Source: Octopus sinensis
Taxonomy: Eukaryota
Direction of reading: 5' to 3'
Length of the DNA: 64,000 bases
Assembly: GCF_006345805.1 (NCBI RefSeq)
Contig: NC_043004.1
Location: 1,054,001 to 1,118,000 of the forward strand
Shown: piece after piece, positions 50,860 to 63,705 of the stretch
Position numbering within the stretch: position 1 is the first letter of the stretch
Layout of the letters: each line of letters starts with the position of its first letter
The notes under the pieces: model-generated
The model's database searches: none
The model's input: the letters and a program-made list of their open reading frames with translations, nothing else
What the model was told of the DNA's origin: nothing
Translations under genes and position numbers: made by a program

Positions 50860-53839
50860 ATTTCTTTATTATGATTATACAATCGTTACATAGGACAAAT
50901 ACAGGACATACATGCAAAAAACAGTTAAGAGGTTCGATTAAAAATTTTCCATAACATTTGGATTATTCATTATAAAAATTCGTCTGTAAAATGTCCTTTA
51001 CGTGACCAATAGAATAATATAACATTTCATAAACTTTCGATCTTACCGAAGTTTTAAACCCCGGCAATTTATAAGGCCCCGCAGCTTTTGTTTCCTCTCC
51101 TCCCTCCATAGTTAAGCTGGGTTTCTGACACCCACCTTTTTTTTCCACTTCCTTCCATCTTTTCTCATACACACCCCGTGGTAAGATCCTCTTTTCCAGC
51201 CCCATTTTGCTCTTCAGATGATATCTGAAGTAAGTGAGCAAGCCGGGGCCCGAGACAAGGATCCTATCGCGACTCCTTCCATTCTTGTTCGCCAGATGCA
51301 TTCTTTTACTACTGCAACCGTGCAGTGAAAACATGCCTCACCTTCCTTACTATGTCCGTACTATGGCCTCCACCTTGCTCGTCACCTCACTCCAGTTCCT
51401 ATCCGTTTGGGAGTCTGGCCCAAACAGACTCCTAGCAACTTAACAGGGCCATCCGTCCAGTGTCCCACGACGCGGACGATATCGACTTCGACTCTCCTCC
51501 AGGTGCCGAGGCGCAAGCCAACCGACTTGTCCTTGTTAACCTTTGCTCCTGCCACCGCCTCGTATCCTCTGATAGCCTCTTCCACACAAGGTAGCTGGGC
51601 TTCATTGGACACGATGAGGGTGACGTCATCCGCGTAAGCAGTAACCGACCTCCCACCTCACCTCCGATCTCATCCGAGTTGCTTCCCAGCCTCTCCAACT
51701 TTCGCAGCAATGGCTCAAGAGCCAATACGTACAAAAGTGGTGACAAGGGGCACCCCTTGACGAACTGAACATTCGATCGAAAACGGTTCCGTTAGGTAAC
51801 CGTTTATCTGGACGGTGGACTTGATGCCGCTATACATAGCGGAGATCCACCCGCGAAATTCAGGGCCCAGTCCAGCCGCTTCGAGGACCGTCGCCGGTAC
51901 TCATGGTCTACCCTATCGAACGCTTTACTTTGGTCTAAATGGACCATTACCCCGCCCTTGCCGGTTAATTACCCACCCTGTCTAAGGTGTAGCGTATAAG
52001 GTGAAGATTGTCCTGGATCGACCTGCCTGGAATTGCACATGTCTGTGCTCTCCCTACAAGTTTCTCCACGACAACCGTCAACCTTTTTGCCAACACCTTG
52101 GCCAAAATCTTTAACTCTACATTAAGTAGAGTTATGGGCCTGTAGTTACTAATGTTATCATCCCCTTGCTCGGGTCTTTCTCTGGATTAGCGTCACCACT
52201 CCCCGGCTTACAGAGCTGGGAATTCTCCATTCTGCTGCCAGTTCGTGTAGACGCCTGCCAATATTCCCCGAACAAGTCCGGCATACTTTGGTAAAACTCG
52301 TAGGGCAGACCATCCAACCCCGGCGACTTCTCCCCGGCGCATCCGGCCAGTATCCCCTCTATCTCCGCGGGAGTGATCGCTTCTTCACAGCACTCCACCT
52401 CACGCCCCGAGAGCCGCGGTCCACCGGCCAGGAAGTCCTTTAAGGTCCTCCCCCCGCTCCGGCGCCACACCACCCCACCCCCGAACACGCGGGCGAAATG
52501 CTGGTGAAGAAACTTTTGCATCTCCTCCTGTCCATAGATCTTTTGTCCCTGTTCGTCAGTTAAAGACTTGATTGAGGCTTTGTTACCTCTCTGACTCTCC
52601 ACTCGACGGGCCCATCCGGCAACGTTAATACCTTCTCGTTTCCCAGCGCGTAGCTTAGCTCTGACTCTGCAACCTTCGTGTTTGGAGTTAAGGTGACGGT
52701 ACAATACCGTCCTTGCCGCCATCACTCCGGATGCAGAGCCAGCTTCCATTGCCTCGTTTAGATTCTTAACTAAATCGTCCTCTATCCTAGACCTATCTAA
52801 CCTTAGCTGATTGCTAAATCTAATGGACTCTGAACGAATGGCTCTTTTGAGGGAGTGCCACCATCTATTGTTAATGATGGTGCCACACAATGCCCTCTGT
52901 ACTAACACCTTAATCAATCCGGGTACGGAAGTCTTCACAATTCAAAATAGCCTTGTTCAGCTTCCAGTACCCGGGTCCCTGTCTATGACACTTGTCCAAT
53001 TGCATCCCACACGTCACAAATGTGTGATCCGTTAAGGCACAATGTGGAACTGTGGACAACTAACGTGTCCTTATCTCTTTTCTTAATAAATATCCTATCT
53101 AAACTACGATCTGCGTGAGCCGTCGCTGTTACTCCACGTCCACTGTGGAACGCTCGGCTCATCCAGTCGGTAACGGTCTACTAGATCAAAGCTCTCTAGT
53201 AGACCCTTGAGGCTAGGGTTCCCCTTCCTATTGGTTGAGCCAACACTGTCGACCCGCGCTTCAGGACAGTGTTAAAGTCCCCTACTAGAATTACCGTTTT
53301 CGACGTCGCTAAAAAGGGCTCCGGTTCCGAAAAAAACCCGCCTGTCTACTCTCGTTCGGAGCGTAGACAGCTACCAACCTGAAGAACTGTTTACTTACGT
53401 GGGTCACATCCAGAACGACCAGCCTGCCTTCTGGGTCCAGAAAGACAGTACTTACCTGCAAGTCCAAGCTCTTCCTGATAAGGACTGCCACGCCTCTGCC
53501 TCTTCCTCGGCTAGGAGAAATAAATTTCTCGAACCCATTTAGAAGAGGCGAGAACGCTTGGGCCCCGTTCATCTTGGACTCGGTTGCAATAGCTATGTCT
53601 ACACCATGTGTCGTGAGGTCGTGCAGGAAGCAAATTTGCTTCCATTTCAACCCCATTCCACGTACATTTATACAACCCAGCTTAGCCATTGTAGGTGAGA
53701 GAGAAAATAAATGTACTCACGGTTGGGAAAGGGAGCATGACAGTTTAAATCTGCCCGCTTCCCCTTCTTCCTCCCTTGTAGTCGTAGCTGCAGGGCTCTT
53801 GACCGGCGTTGCCACCGGGCTCTGGGTGGGTGTGTACCA
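50860..53839 (-). mobile_element. Tx1/L1-clade LINE E2 (divergent family B), 5'-truncated, internally deleted
   Basis: ORF2 MAKLGCINVRG at 53689, APE and RT fragments, and a distinct 3' UTR ending AATAAAGAAAT. Confidence 0.88.
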
Positions 53840-56800
53840 TGTACCCAACTTCGATCTACGATTATACCAGTCTTCCCGTCCACCGAAACTGGTGAACCTG
53901 GGAAACATCTGCTTCGCCAGCGGAGACCACACCCGTTCACCATCCAGATGGAGCCACAGTGCCTTAGCCTCAGCGCATTTCTGCGCATCATTAGCCACGG
54001 CATCCCTAGTCCACCTGTAACGGTTTTTGACAACAAATAGAGCGTTTCACAAGTGGTTTCGAGCCCTTCCACAAAAAGTGAAAGAGCTGTCTCTCCAACT
54101 TGTTCAACCACGAATCCGGGCAAGGCACGACGGCAAGGCGGTAGGTGATCACCGATGCGATAAACACATTGGCTACCTCCGCCCTACCTTTCAGGGATAA
54201 CCACCGCCAAGACCAGGTCTTGACTACTGCGGTCACCCTGCTCGATACCTCGCTCCAGTTCTTCTCTATTTGGAGGCCTGGTCCAAACCAGACCCCGAGC
54301 AACTTAATCGGGCCCTCCGTCCAACGTCCCACGACGCTGTCTGGAGGCATCGACTTGCCTCTCCAGGTGCCGTTGCAAGCCGACTGACTTTTCACGATTA
54401 ACCTTTGCTCCTGTCACCGTCTCGTAAACCTCTATGGCCTTGCCTACTTTACGTAGGAGGTCCATTTCGGTCACGATGATAGTGATGTCATCCGCGTACG
54501 CCGAAACCGACATTCCACGACCTGGCTGCCTCGGGATGCCACTCAGTTTTCGCAGCAGCGGCTCGAGAGCCACTACATACAAAAGCGGGGAGAGCGGACA
54601 TCCCTGACGGACCGAGCGTTTGACCTTGAACGGCTTAGAAATAAAGCCGTTCACCCGAACTACCGAGTCGACGTTGTCATACAATTGTATGATCCACCTG
54701 AGGAAGCCAAGACCCAGGCCGAACTGAGCCAGGACGGACACCAGGTAACGATGGTCGACCCTATCGAAAGCTTTTGACTGGTCTAAATGGACCACTGCCC
54801 CTCCCTTGCCGGGATCATTATCCATTCCCTCTATCGTGTATCTAATTAGATGGAGATTATCCTGAATGGTTCTGCCCGGTACGGCGCACGTTTGCGCTTT
54901 CCCGATCAGTCCATTCGCGACATGCGCCAATCTGTTCGATAACACTTTGGCCAAAATCTTCAACTCTGCGTTAAGCAGAGTGATGGGCCTGAAATTATCA
55001 ATGACGTCCCCCTTGCTCTGGTCCTTCCTGACTAGTGTCACCACTCCCCGGCGCACAGATCTGGGTATGAACCCATTCTGCTGCCAGTTCGCGTAGACGT
55101 CCGCCAGTAAGTCCCCGAACAAGTCCGGCATACTTTTATAAAGCTCGTAGGGCAGACCATCCAGCCCCGGCGCCTTACCCGCACCGCTGTCCTCTATTAC
55201 CTCCTCAGGCGTGATCGGCTTCTCACTACACTCCGCGTCCCGCCCCGAGAGCCGCGGCAGTCCGTCAAGGAGGTCCGTAAGGTCCCTCCTCTCATCCGGC
55301 CCGCCGCCACCCCCAAAGAGCTGGGCGAAGTGGTCCTGAAAAGCTTGACACATCTCCTCGGGCTCGTCTGTCAACTTACCTTGTTGGTTCGTCAGAGATC
55401 GAATTGTGGCATCGTTGCCACGTTGGGCTTCCACCACTCGGGCCCATCTTGCGGCATTAATTCCTTCGCTCCCCATTGTACGTTGTCTAGCTCTGACAAT
55501 GCAACCCATGTGTTTGGCTTCGAGGTGCTGGTTTAAAACCAGTCTCTTGGCCCTCACTTGAGCCGCGTTGCCAGTTCGCATTGCTTCCTCTAGGTCCTTA
55601 ACTAGAGTAGTTTCTTTTCTAGCCTCTCTAGCTACGAGATCTATACTATATCTAATAGACTCATATCTTATGGCTCGCTTGAGGGCATACCACCATTTGT
55701 TATTGATAATGGAGCCGGTCATGGCCCTCTGGATCATCAACCTAATCCTGTCACTGTACTCCTTAATCGCCAAAAGGGACGTATTAAGTTTCCAGTAACC
55801 AGGACCTCTATTTATCTTATCTACGTCTAGCTTACAGGTGACCATCTTGTGGTCACTGTAGCTGACTATGTGGAGCTGTGGACTCTTAACTAGGTTTCTA
55901 TCTACCTTCCTAATTAAAATCCTATCTATGTATGACCTTGACGATCCGTCGCTGTTTGTCCATGTCCACAATGGAGCGTCCAGATGTTCCAGTCTATATG
56001 GATCTACCAGCTCAAAACGTCTTAGTAGATCCAGGAAGCAGGCATTTCCTTTCCTGTCTGTTTGCGAGCCTACACAGTCTACCCGCACATTGCAGATTGT
56101 GTTGTAGTCTCCTAACATTACTAAAGGCACGATGTACTGAGAAACTTCTCCAGGTTCCGAAAATACTCACTATTCCCCTTATTATTGGGTGCGTAAACCG
56201 CAACCAGTCTGATTGTCTTACGACTGCTGAACGTCAAATCAACGACGACCAGCCTACCTTCTGGATCTGCAAAAATCAACTTTTTCCCAGAAACCCGGTT
56301 CCTTTTCACCAGGACCAACACCCCACTTCCGCCGACCGACGGGTTTGGAGAGATAATTCTCTCGTAACCGTCGAACAGCGGGAGCAGATCTCTTGGCCCT
56401 TTTAACCGGGTTTCTGTGGCAACAACATCTAAATCTCGTGACCTGATGTCATTTAGCAAGCGCCATTTCTTCCGGCTCGCCATCAGGCCACGCACATTTA
56501 CGCATCCTACACAAATACGAGACATTTACTTACCTTTATGTCGGTGTCCCTGTTGGTCGGGGGGTGAAGTCCGCTTTAATAAGTGACTCGTGTACATCGA
56601 GCCGCGGACCCCTTATGTCCCCTGAATACTGCGCATTTAAAATATTAAAGTTTAGCAAATCCATTTTGTATATTTCTACATTTTTTTTAAATTTTCTGTG
56701 CGTTTGTATTTTTTCAGCGGTTGGGATGTTTCCCATTCCGCTGCTTAAACTGTCGTTGTCTTTGTTGATGGCTGCATAAACTACTTGGAACTCCGTGATT

Positions 56801-58327
56801 TTCTTTTGGGGGCTTTGTGGGGGTGATGGGGAGAAGGGGGAGGAGGAGTTTGGGGAGTATGTAGGGGAGGAGCACGGGGAGGTCATTTGGAGGGGAGGGT
56901 AATGTATGGTACTGTGGGGTGGGGGTGATTCGTGTTGGTCTGGGGGGGTCTTATCTTTTTTTTCTTTTGTGGAGAACCGTGTTTGGGTGGGGTGGGTTTC
57001 CCCCCCTGGGTGTTACTCTTTTTTGTATTATGGTTGGGTATATTTACGTCCGTATTTTTTCTTTTTTTCATTTTTCTGGGTATCACGAAATCGTCATCCC
57101 CCTCTTGTTTCTTTCCTTCTGTTTCCGTCGTTTTCTTCCTCCTCTCCTCTTCTTCAGCTTTTTTCCTTGCTTCTTCTTCTTCTTTCTTGCGGGTGGGGCA
57201 TTCTGCTCGGATGTGGCCCTTTTCTCCACACCCGTAGCATCTGGGCTTACGCCCTTCGACCACCACCCGGAAGTTTATTTCGTCGTCGAAATTAATGAAT
57301 TCAGGCACCTCCTCTAACGTTTCCGGCGCCGCTTGCACTATTATTTGTAGTGCTTGTCCCTTCCAATTCTCCTTCTGGGTTCTGACGATGTCTATAATGT
57401 TGATTTTTTTTCTTTCAGTCCCATAAATAGGGCTGGAATGAGGCTTTCTACCTCAATTTCTGGTAGTATGTCGTCTATTTTGATTTTTATTGTTCTTCTT
57501 CCCATATACGAGGGGAGAAGAATTATATCTGTTGATTTTAGAGGGTTGATCGAGTGTTTCCTCGCCTGTTCCTCCTCTTTAAAGTAAACCATTATGGTTG
57601 CATACTTCTTACCCCATGTAACGAAATCAATGTCTGTCCATATTGGTTTGAGACACTTTTCGGCCTGCTCCTTTGTTATTTTTTCTATTTTTCTTTCCTT
57701 AATTACAAAAGATTTAAAAATTACCGTTTTCTTCATGGTGCTGGTTTTTATTTCTTGTGGGAGGGTGGCTTTTATGTTGTTCCCCTCCCTTTTGTACCTG
57801 TCCTTGTATTTGTCGTAATCAATGTCCTCTGGTAAAATATGTTCGGTTTTTCTGCCGGCTGCGGCTGCGAAGTTAACCGTTTTTTTCACGTTTTCAACTG
57901 CTGGTACACTTGTTTCCGAATTTTCTGCTTTCATCATATTTTTTTCCTGTGTAGGTGAACCTACAATATTTTTTCCTTTGTAGGTGAACCTACAATATTT
58001 TTTTCCTTTGTAGGTGAACCTACAATATTTTCTTTTTTTGAAGGTGAACCTTCATTGGCAAAATGTTCAACTGTTTTTTCCATTTTCACACAAATGGATT
58101 TTTTTTTTTTTGTTAGATTGTGTCAAAACACACAATATATTTCACACTATTTCCCCTCCTTAAAGGAGGGGAATAACAAAGTTTTCCTGGTTCAAAAACC
58201 AGTTAAAGTTCAGTATAACAATTTAACAAACAATTTTTAAACAAACAATTTCAACACAATTTTAACAATATTTTGGCTCACGTGAAAAAACACAACCGAC
58301 TCTTTCAAAAATTCTTTGCCGAATTTC
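53840..58327 (-). mobile_element. Tx1/L1-clade LINE E1 (family A ORF2, divergent ORF1), 3'-truncated
   Basis: 5' end GAAATTCGGCAAAG as in E4, ORF1 with frameshifts, and ORF2 from 56525 with APE and RT (608-aa ORF). Confidence 0.92.
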
Positions 58328-58666
58328 TACAATGTTTACGGCGATTCGTTTTTATATCTTGATTTTTTATTTTTCATGCAATTTACACATGCTGGCACGC
58401 GTGGTGAACACAGTTCACGTCAAACAGTTGACTGAGTAAAGTTCACTATTCAATGCATGGGATACGGCCTAAACAAACACATTATCGATTTTTGCACTTG
58501 CGAGAATTAATTTCGGGACAGAAATAACGCAGTTCAATTTTCATTCGCCTAAACTTTAAGTGACCCATTTTTTGTGGTTCTACGATTTGTTGGCCAGGAG
58601 ATGTGCCGGGAAGTCAAACACACATACACACACACAGATACACAAGTTAAGTTTTATATATAGAGA
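58328..58666 (-). mobile_element. Helitron 5' portion interrupted by the Tx1 array
   Basis: Minus strand A|TCTCTATATATAAAACTTAACTTGTGTATCTGTGTG resembles the H1/H2 starts. Confidence 0.6.
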
Positions 58667-60399
58667 TTTGGCTTCTTATTTTGTTAGGGGCGACTAAAGG
58701 AGACATTTGTCACCAACTCCTTACGTACGGTCGTATTCCCTACAAGCTAAACAACCACAGCTAATATTTTCTGATAATGTTCCAAGTAGCTTTTATTTAT
58801 TTATTTATTTTTTTTTTGGTACGTTTTGGTTATTTCACCCGTATTAAAAAATTGCCATTAAAAAATTAGGTTATCTCCCTGCTAAAAATTCGAGTTAATG
58901 TGGCGACAAGAGATTGGAATAAAAGAGATCTTTTTGATTCAATACTTCAAAACATTGTTGACATTTGGTCCCCTCAATAGGAATGGCATGATTTGTTACA
59001 AAAATATTATCAGGATTCAATAAATTTATTTTTTTCCGTTTCCATGTTTAAGTTTTTTTATCCTTTTTTGTTTTGTTTTATAGAGGGTTAAACAATTTTT
59101 TTCATGTTGAGGGAGTTAGCCGAAAGTACCGATATTTCTCGTAAAACTCGGGGAGATAACCAAAACTGACCTTTTGTTTGTTTTTATTCTTGAGTTGTAT
59201 TCCAAGCTTATGTCTGGTGTGATTTTTGTTTGAATAACCTACCCCAGAACGACAAAATGTGAGCGGGATTCGAACTAACAAATTGAAGAAACGTAACTAT
59301 AGACCACAAAGCAATTAGTTCGTAGCTCTAACGATCCTGTCTCCAATTCACCTAGTCATTTAGATATGACGATATCAATTAAGGTAGACTATCGATTCCA
59401 AGCGTACTTTATTGGTTTAATGCACGCATGCTAAAGCTAATATTAAAGAAATGATAATGCAAACACATGTGACTAATGCAGTCCAAACATTCGTGGGTAA
59501 ACAGAATAATTGTAAAGAAAGCACTCGAAGAACAACGACGTTGGTTGTAATGAATATTCAAGTGTTATCATTATCAGACAAATCTGTTGACCGAACTGCA
59601 CTGACAAGGCGGATCTGTCTTCCTTTTTTATGTAAAAAGTAATTATTGTTCTGAAACCAAATTTCTCCAGTAAATAACGTTATCTTCTAAAGCAAGTGTG
59701 AATTGGCTTCTGGGTTAGTCTGGCTCGACTTCATGTCTCGCTCGATCACACGGACACACACACACTACAGAAAGAAAGAAGGAAGGAGAGGGGACACGCG
59801 AGCGCTTCCCCTCTTTTTCGTTCTCTCGTCTCTCGTTTTTTTTCTTTCTCTCTCACACACATGCATTCGTGTGTGTGTATGTGTGTGTGTGTGTGTGTGT
59901 GTGTAGTGAGTGAGTGAGTGATGGTTGGAGGAATAAATGATTGTAGAGAATCCGCAGACTCTCAGTGAAGCGGGAAAGACGCCAAATGACGCATTGATAT
60001 TGCTTTGTATATTACAGTAACACACACACACACACACACACACATTGTCACGAGGTGCTGTTTCTTCTCTGATGGTAGTGTAGGGTTTCTAGCTGCATGT
60101 AAATCGTGAAAAAACAATCGCAAACAATTAACAGAAGCTTTATTTATTACACATGGTTGGTCTGTGAATGAAGGACATAGGTAACACTTCATACAAGTTG
60201 GAAGAGACAAACTCTGTAGCTTATATCAAAATTTCAAGAGGTTAGGCGGGGAGGGCTCCCTCACCGCACCTAGAAGTAATGACTTATCTAGGACAAACGA
60301 CTTGGAGGAGGCATCTGCCGTTCCCAGTTCCGCCACCTCAGATGAGGACCAAACATTTATCTTTGACATCGATGGGATGACCAGCCCCGTGCCATGTGT

Positions 60400-60990
60400 T
60401 ACCAGGATTGCGAATAGGGTCACATTGCATGAGTATAAATATGTTGGTTTGGCAAGTACTTCGTTCAAGAAACGTTTTCTTAACCGCTAGTTATCCTCCA
60501 GAGTCCCAAAAAGACGGCTTGTCACTTCCTTAGCCCGCCATGTGAGGCACCTCAAAGATCAAGGGACACGGTGTGATGTCAAGTGGAAATTGATTATCCG
60601 GGCCTGTATATTAATGGAATTGACCATTGCAAGAGCTGCATCACGGAGAGAACCCAGTTTCTTAAGGACTATAAAAAGCCTGGCGCATTAAACAGCCGTA
60701 AAGAAGAGTTTTCTAAATGCATCCACTTCAGGCGCTACATACTAGAAAAATCTTATCTCCCGTTTGCTCATTAGGCCATTCCAAGTCTATAAAAGTTTCC
60801 CCGCCCCATCTGATTAAGGGGAAATAACCCATATTCATTAACACTTTTTCATATTCCTCGAGTGTTTCCTCATGTCTGCGAGGTAGATATTTTAAAATTT
60901 TGTGTTCATATAGTCTGACGAGCTGTCCACAAGGGTTTGGTTTTGTAGGTGCGAAACCTTGGGTAACTCTCTATAAAATTTTGTTGTAGT
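60400..60990 (+). mobile_element. Decayed PLE 3' end (GIY-YIG remnant + LTR)
   Basis: YVGLASTSFKKRF..TSLARHV..LK..VKWK..LNSRKEEFSKC.H, followed by a hammerhead about 140 bp after the stop. Confidence 0.75.
60912..60968 (+). ncRNA. Type I hammerhead motif, partly degraded stems
   Basis: AGT-CTGACGA-GC...GC-GAAA-CC-TTG-GG-TA-ACT. Confidence 0.6.
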
Positions 60991-60991
60991 C

Positions 60992-61350
60992 TGCCAACCA
61001 TATGGTTCCGGGTTCAGTCCCACTGCGTGACACCTTGGGCAAGTGTCTTCTACTATAGCCTCAGGCCGACCAAAGCCTTGTGAGTGGATTTGGTAGACGG
61101 AAACTGAAAGAAGCCCGTCGTATATATATATATGTATGCGTGTGAGTGTTTGTGTGTCTGTGTTTGTCCCCTAGCATTACTTGACAACCGATGCTGGTGT
61201 GTTTATGTCCCCGTTACTTAACGGTTCGGCAAAAGAGACCGATAGAATAAGTACTGGGCTTACAAAAGAATAAGTCCCGGGGTCGAGTTGCTCGACTAAA
61301 GGCGGTGCTCCAGCATGGCCGTAGTCAAATGACTGAAACAAGTAAAAGAG
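60992..61350 (+). mobile_element. SINE family 1, 5'-clipped
   Basis: Near-consensus B box, central domain and 3' half. Confidence 0.85.
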
Positions 61351-61381
<31 letters not shown>

Positions 61382-61449
61382 CTTCATAAATAGTAAAAAT
61401 AATTTCCCCATAGAAGAATAAATGACGGGAGCGAGATGGAATAGTTTAC

Positions 61450-61553
61450 CTTTTTGACATCTTCATACCTTAGTATAAGGATGGGTAGTTCAGGGTGGTC
61501 TCTGATATCTTTCTCCCACTGTAGCATATATTGAAACCAGTTGCCATAACATA
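61450..61553 (-). CDS. Cytosolic sulfotransferase, internal exon
   Basis: TTTCAG acceptor, (V)CYGNWFQYMLQWEKDIRDHPELPILILRYEDVKK, AAG|GTAAA donor. Phase matches the upstream exon (G|TA = Val). Confidence 0.88.
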
Positions 61554-61641
61554 CTGAAATAATGCAATATTGATTCACAGAATCTAAGCTGACGACATTG
61601 TGAAATAACTAATCCCACCAAAAGAAAAAAGGGTGTTTACG

Positions 61642-61757
<116 letters not shown>

Positions 61758-61974
61758 GCGCGCACACACACGCACGCACGCACGCACGCACGCACCCCCC
61801 CTATAAATTTAGTCTTGTAACAGCCAATATATGTTACCGAATGGTTACATGCTGTTAGACCATTCCTGTTGTGGTGAGATAAATTCATAACCATCAACAT
61901 TGCAGCTCTGTATACGGCAGCCGTTTTCTGACTTATGAAAAGTTATTGGACAACTCTCTTTCTCTCTCCTCCTC

Positions 61975-62560
61975 TATGTACATGCATACATGTCATGTTT
62001 CTGTGGAAGACATCACGCATGTGATTGGAGCTGTCCTAAAATCTCATCACGGTACTACCTCCCCATGCAGCACGATGTTGTTGCTAAAACAAATTACGAT
62101 GCCATCCACGAAAAAGACTGTCCTGAAATAAACTTAGAAAATCCCTCTGTTATGGAATTCATCCATAAACAACAACTCATGGAATACTGGTGGAATATTC
62201 CCATCAAAACTTCTGTCAAATGCGAACATAACAGGCCAGATATCGTTGTTTTGGACAGAAGGGCAAAGATATGTACCATCATAAAAGTCAGCTGCCCTGC
62301 AGATATAAATATCTCTTTGAAAATCAATGAAAAAGAGGATATCTATGGACAACTGCTCTGAACCCGCCAGCTTCTATATCAATTCGTGTTCATATCAATA
62401 ATGGGAGCACTAGGTTTCATTAGTAAATGCTTAAAGGAGACTTTGGATAAACTAGGATTTTCAGAAAGAGAAATCGACCTGCTGATTCGTACATTACAAG
62501 TGCAATCTGTGAGTGGAACAGTAAAAATATGCAAGACTTTTTTCAAGGTCCAAATGTGAA
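61975..62560 (+). mobile_element. Decayed RLE LINE 3' fragment (Dong/R4-like) in the sulfotransferase intron
   Basis: CHVSVEDITHVI, YLPMQHDVVAK and HNRPDIVVLD..KICTII.VSCP.D motifs. Confidence 0.8.
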
Positions 62561-63499
62561 TTTGTCTGAGTTAACTATATCCCAGAGATGGAACCTTGTA
62601 TGTTTGTTGGAAACCAGCTCCCTCCTCAGTGGATGATTTATAATAATTAAAAAATAGAAGGGACATACACGGTGATTTTTATGAGTTGAGGTGTACCAGA
62701 GCCTAAGTATTTTGGAAGTTTTTCAAGAGCTCTGTCGGCCACAAAGAAATGCTTCTGATCCAGAGTGAAGAGATGTTATAAATTCTATTCAAAATGGAGG
62801 CGACAACTGCTTGACTCCTAAACTCGAGCAGTTCCTTTCAATGTCACTCGGATGTAGCTGGGTGTTTGACTTGTTTAGAGAAATAGGATCCTCAAAGCAA
62901 ACATATGGACGGATTTTTGACAGCTGCAGGTTGGCAAGTGGGATTGTATCTGTGTAGGTTTGTTTTATCTCTTTCCCAGTTGTAGCGTTGGATCAGGGAA
63001 ACAATGTTTCCAGAGTCCTTTCTTGCTAAAAAAAAAACATTTTTGTTCTGGATCTCCATTCCAGTTCATATCTTGCCCGCAACTGTTGAATTGCAATGGT
63101 TCGTAAAAGAACAGAGCGATATCAATCTCATCGATCTCAGAGGGCCACCTGGGGTTGAAAGCATTACCCCTTCTTTCTGACCCTGCAAATAAATGCAGAG
63201 GAACTTAGAGGCAAAATAAATGGGAGAGTCTCTCTAATCCTCTGATAGAGATGAGTCAATGACATTACACTTTTATTACTGGTGCTGTCTTTAGGTGAAA
63301 AGGTAGGCAGATAACCGTGAAGCAGATCTGGAGAAGAAAGGGCATATCATTGATGATATCAACAAATGGCGATTGATTAAGACTTTGACTGGCTTAAATG
63401 ATTGATTGAGTGATAGAGCGATTAATCAACTAGTCGATCAGTTAACTGGTTAAATGTTAACGAACTGATCAATAATAATGACAGAAGTGAAATGAGCCA

Positions 63500-63665
63500 T
63501 GTGTGTGTGTGTATGTGTGTGTGTGAGTGTTCTTGTCTGTGTTTATCCGTCATCACGGTTTGGTAATCGGTGTTGGTGTGTTTACATCCCCGTAACTTAG
63601 AGGTTCGGCAAAAAGACAGTGCTACAGCATGGTCGCAATCTAATGAGTGAAACAAGTAAGAAACA
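63500..63665 (+). mobile_element. SINE family 1 3' fragment
   Basis: GGTGTGTTTACATCCCCGTAACTTAG...GCATGGTCGCAATC. Confidence 0.65.
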
Positions 63666-63705
63666 GCAGCTAAAAGACAACCAGTGTCAGTGAAAGTGTT
63701 CTTAC

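Noticed and set aside
42104-57835. Plus-strand ORFs overlapping the Tx1 elements
   Set aside because: They are antisense shadows of the minus-strand ORFs with no independent motifs.
33522-58666. Pairing the Helitron 5' end at 58666 with the 3' end at 33522 as one 25-kb element
   Set aside because: No linking homology is visible, and such ends are abundant.
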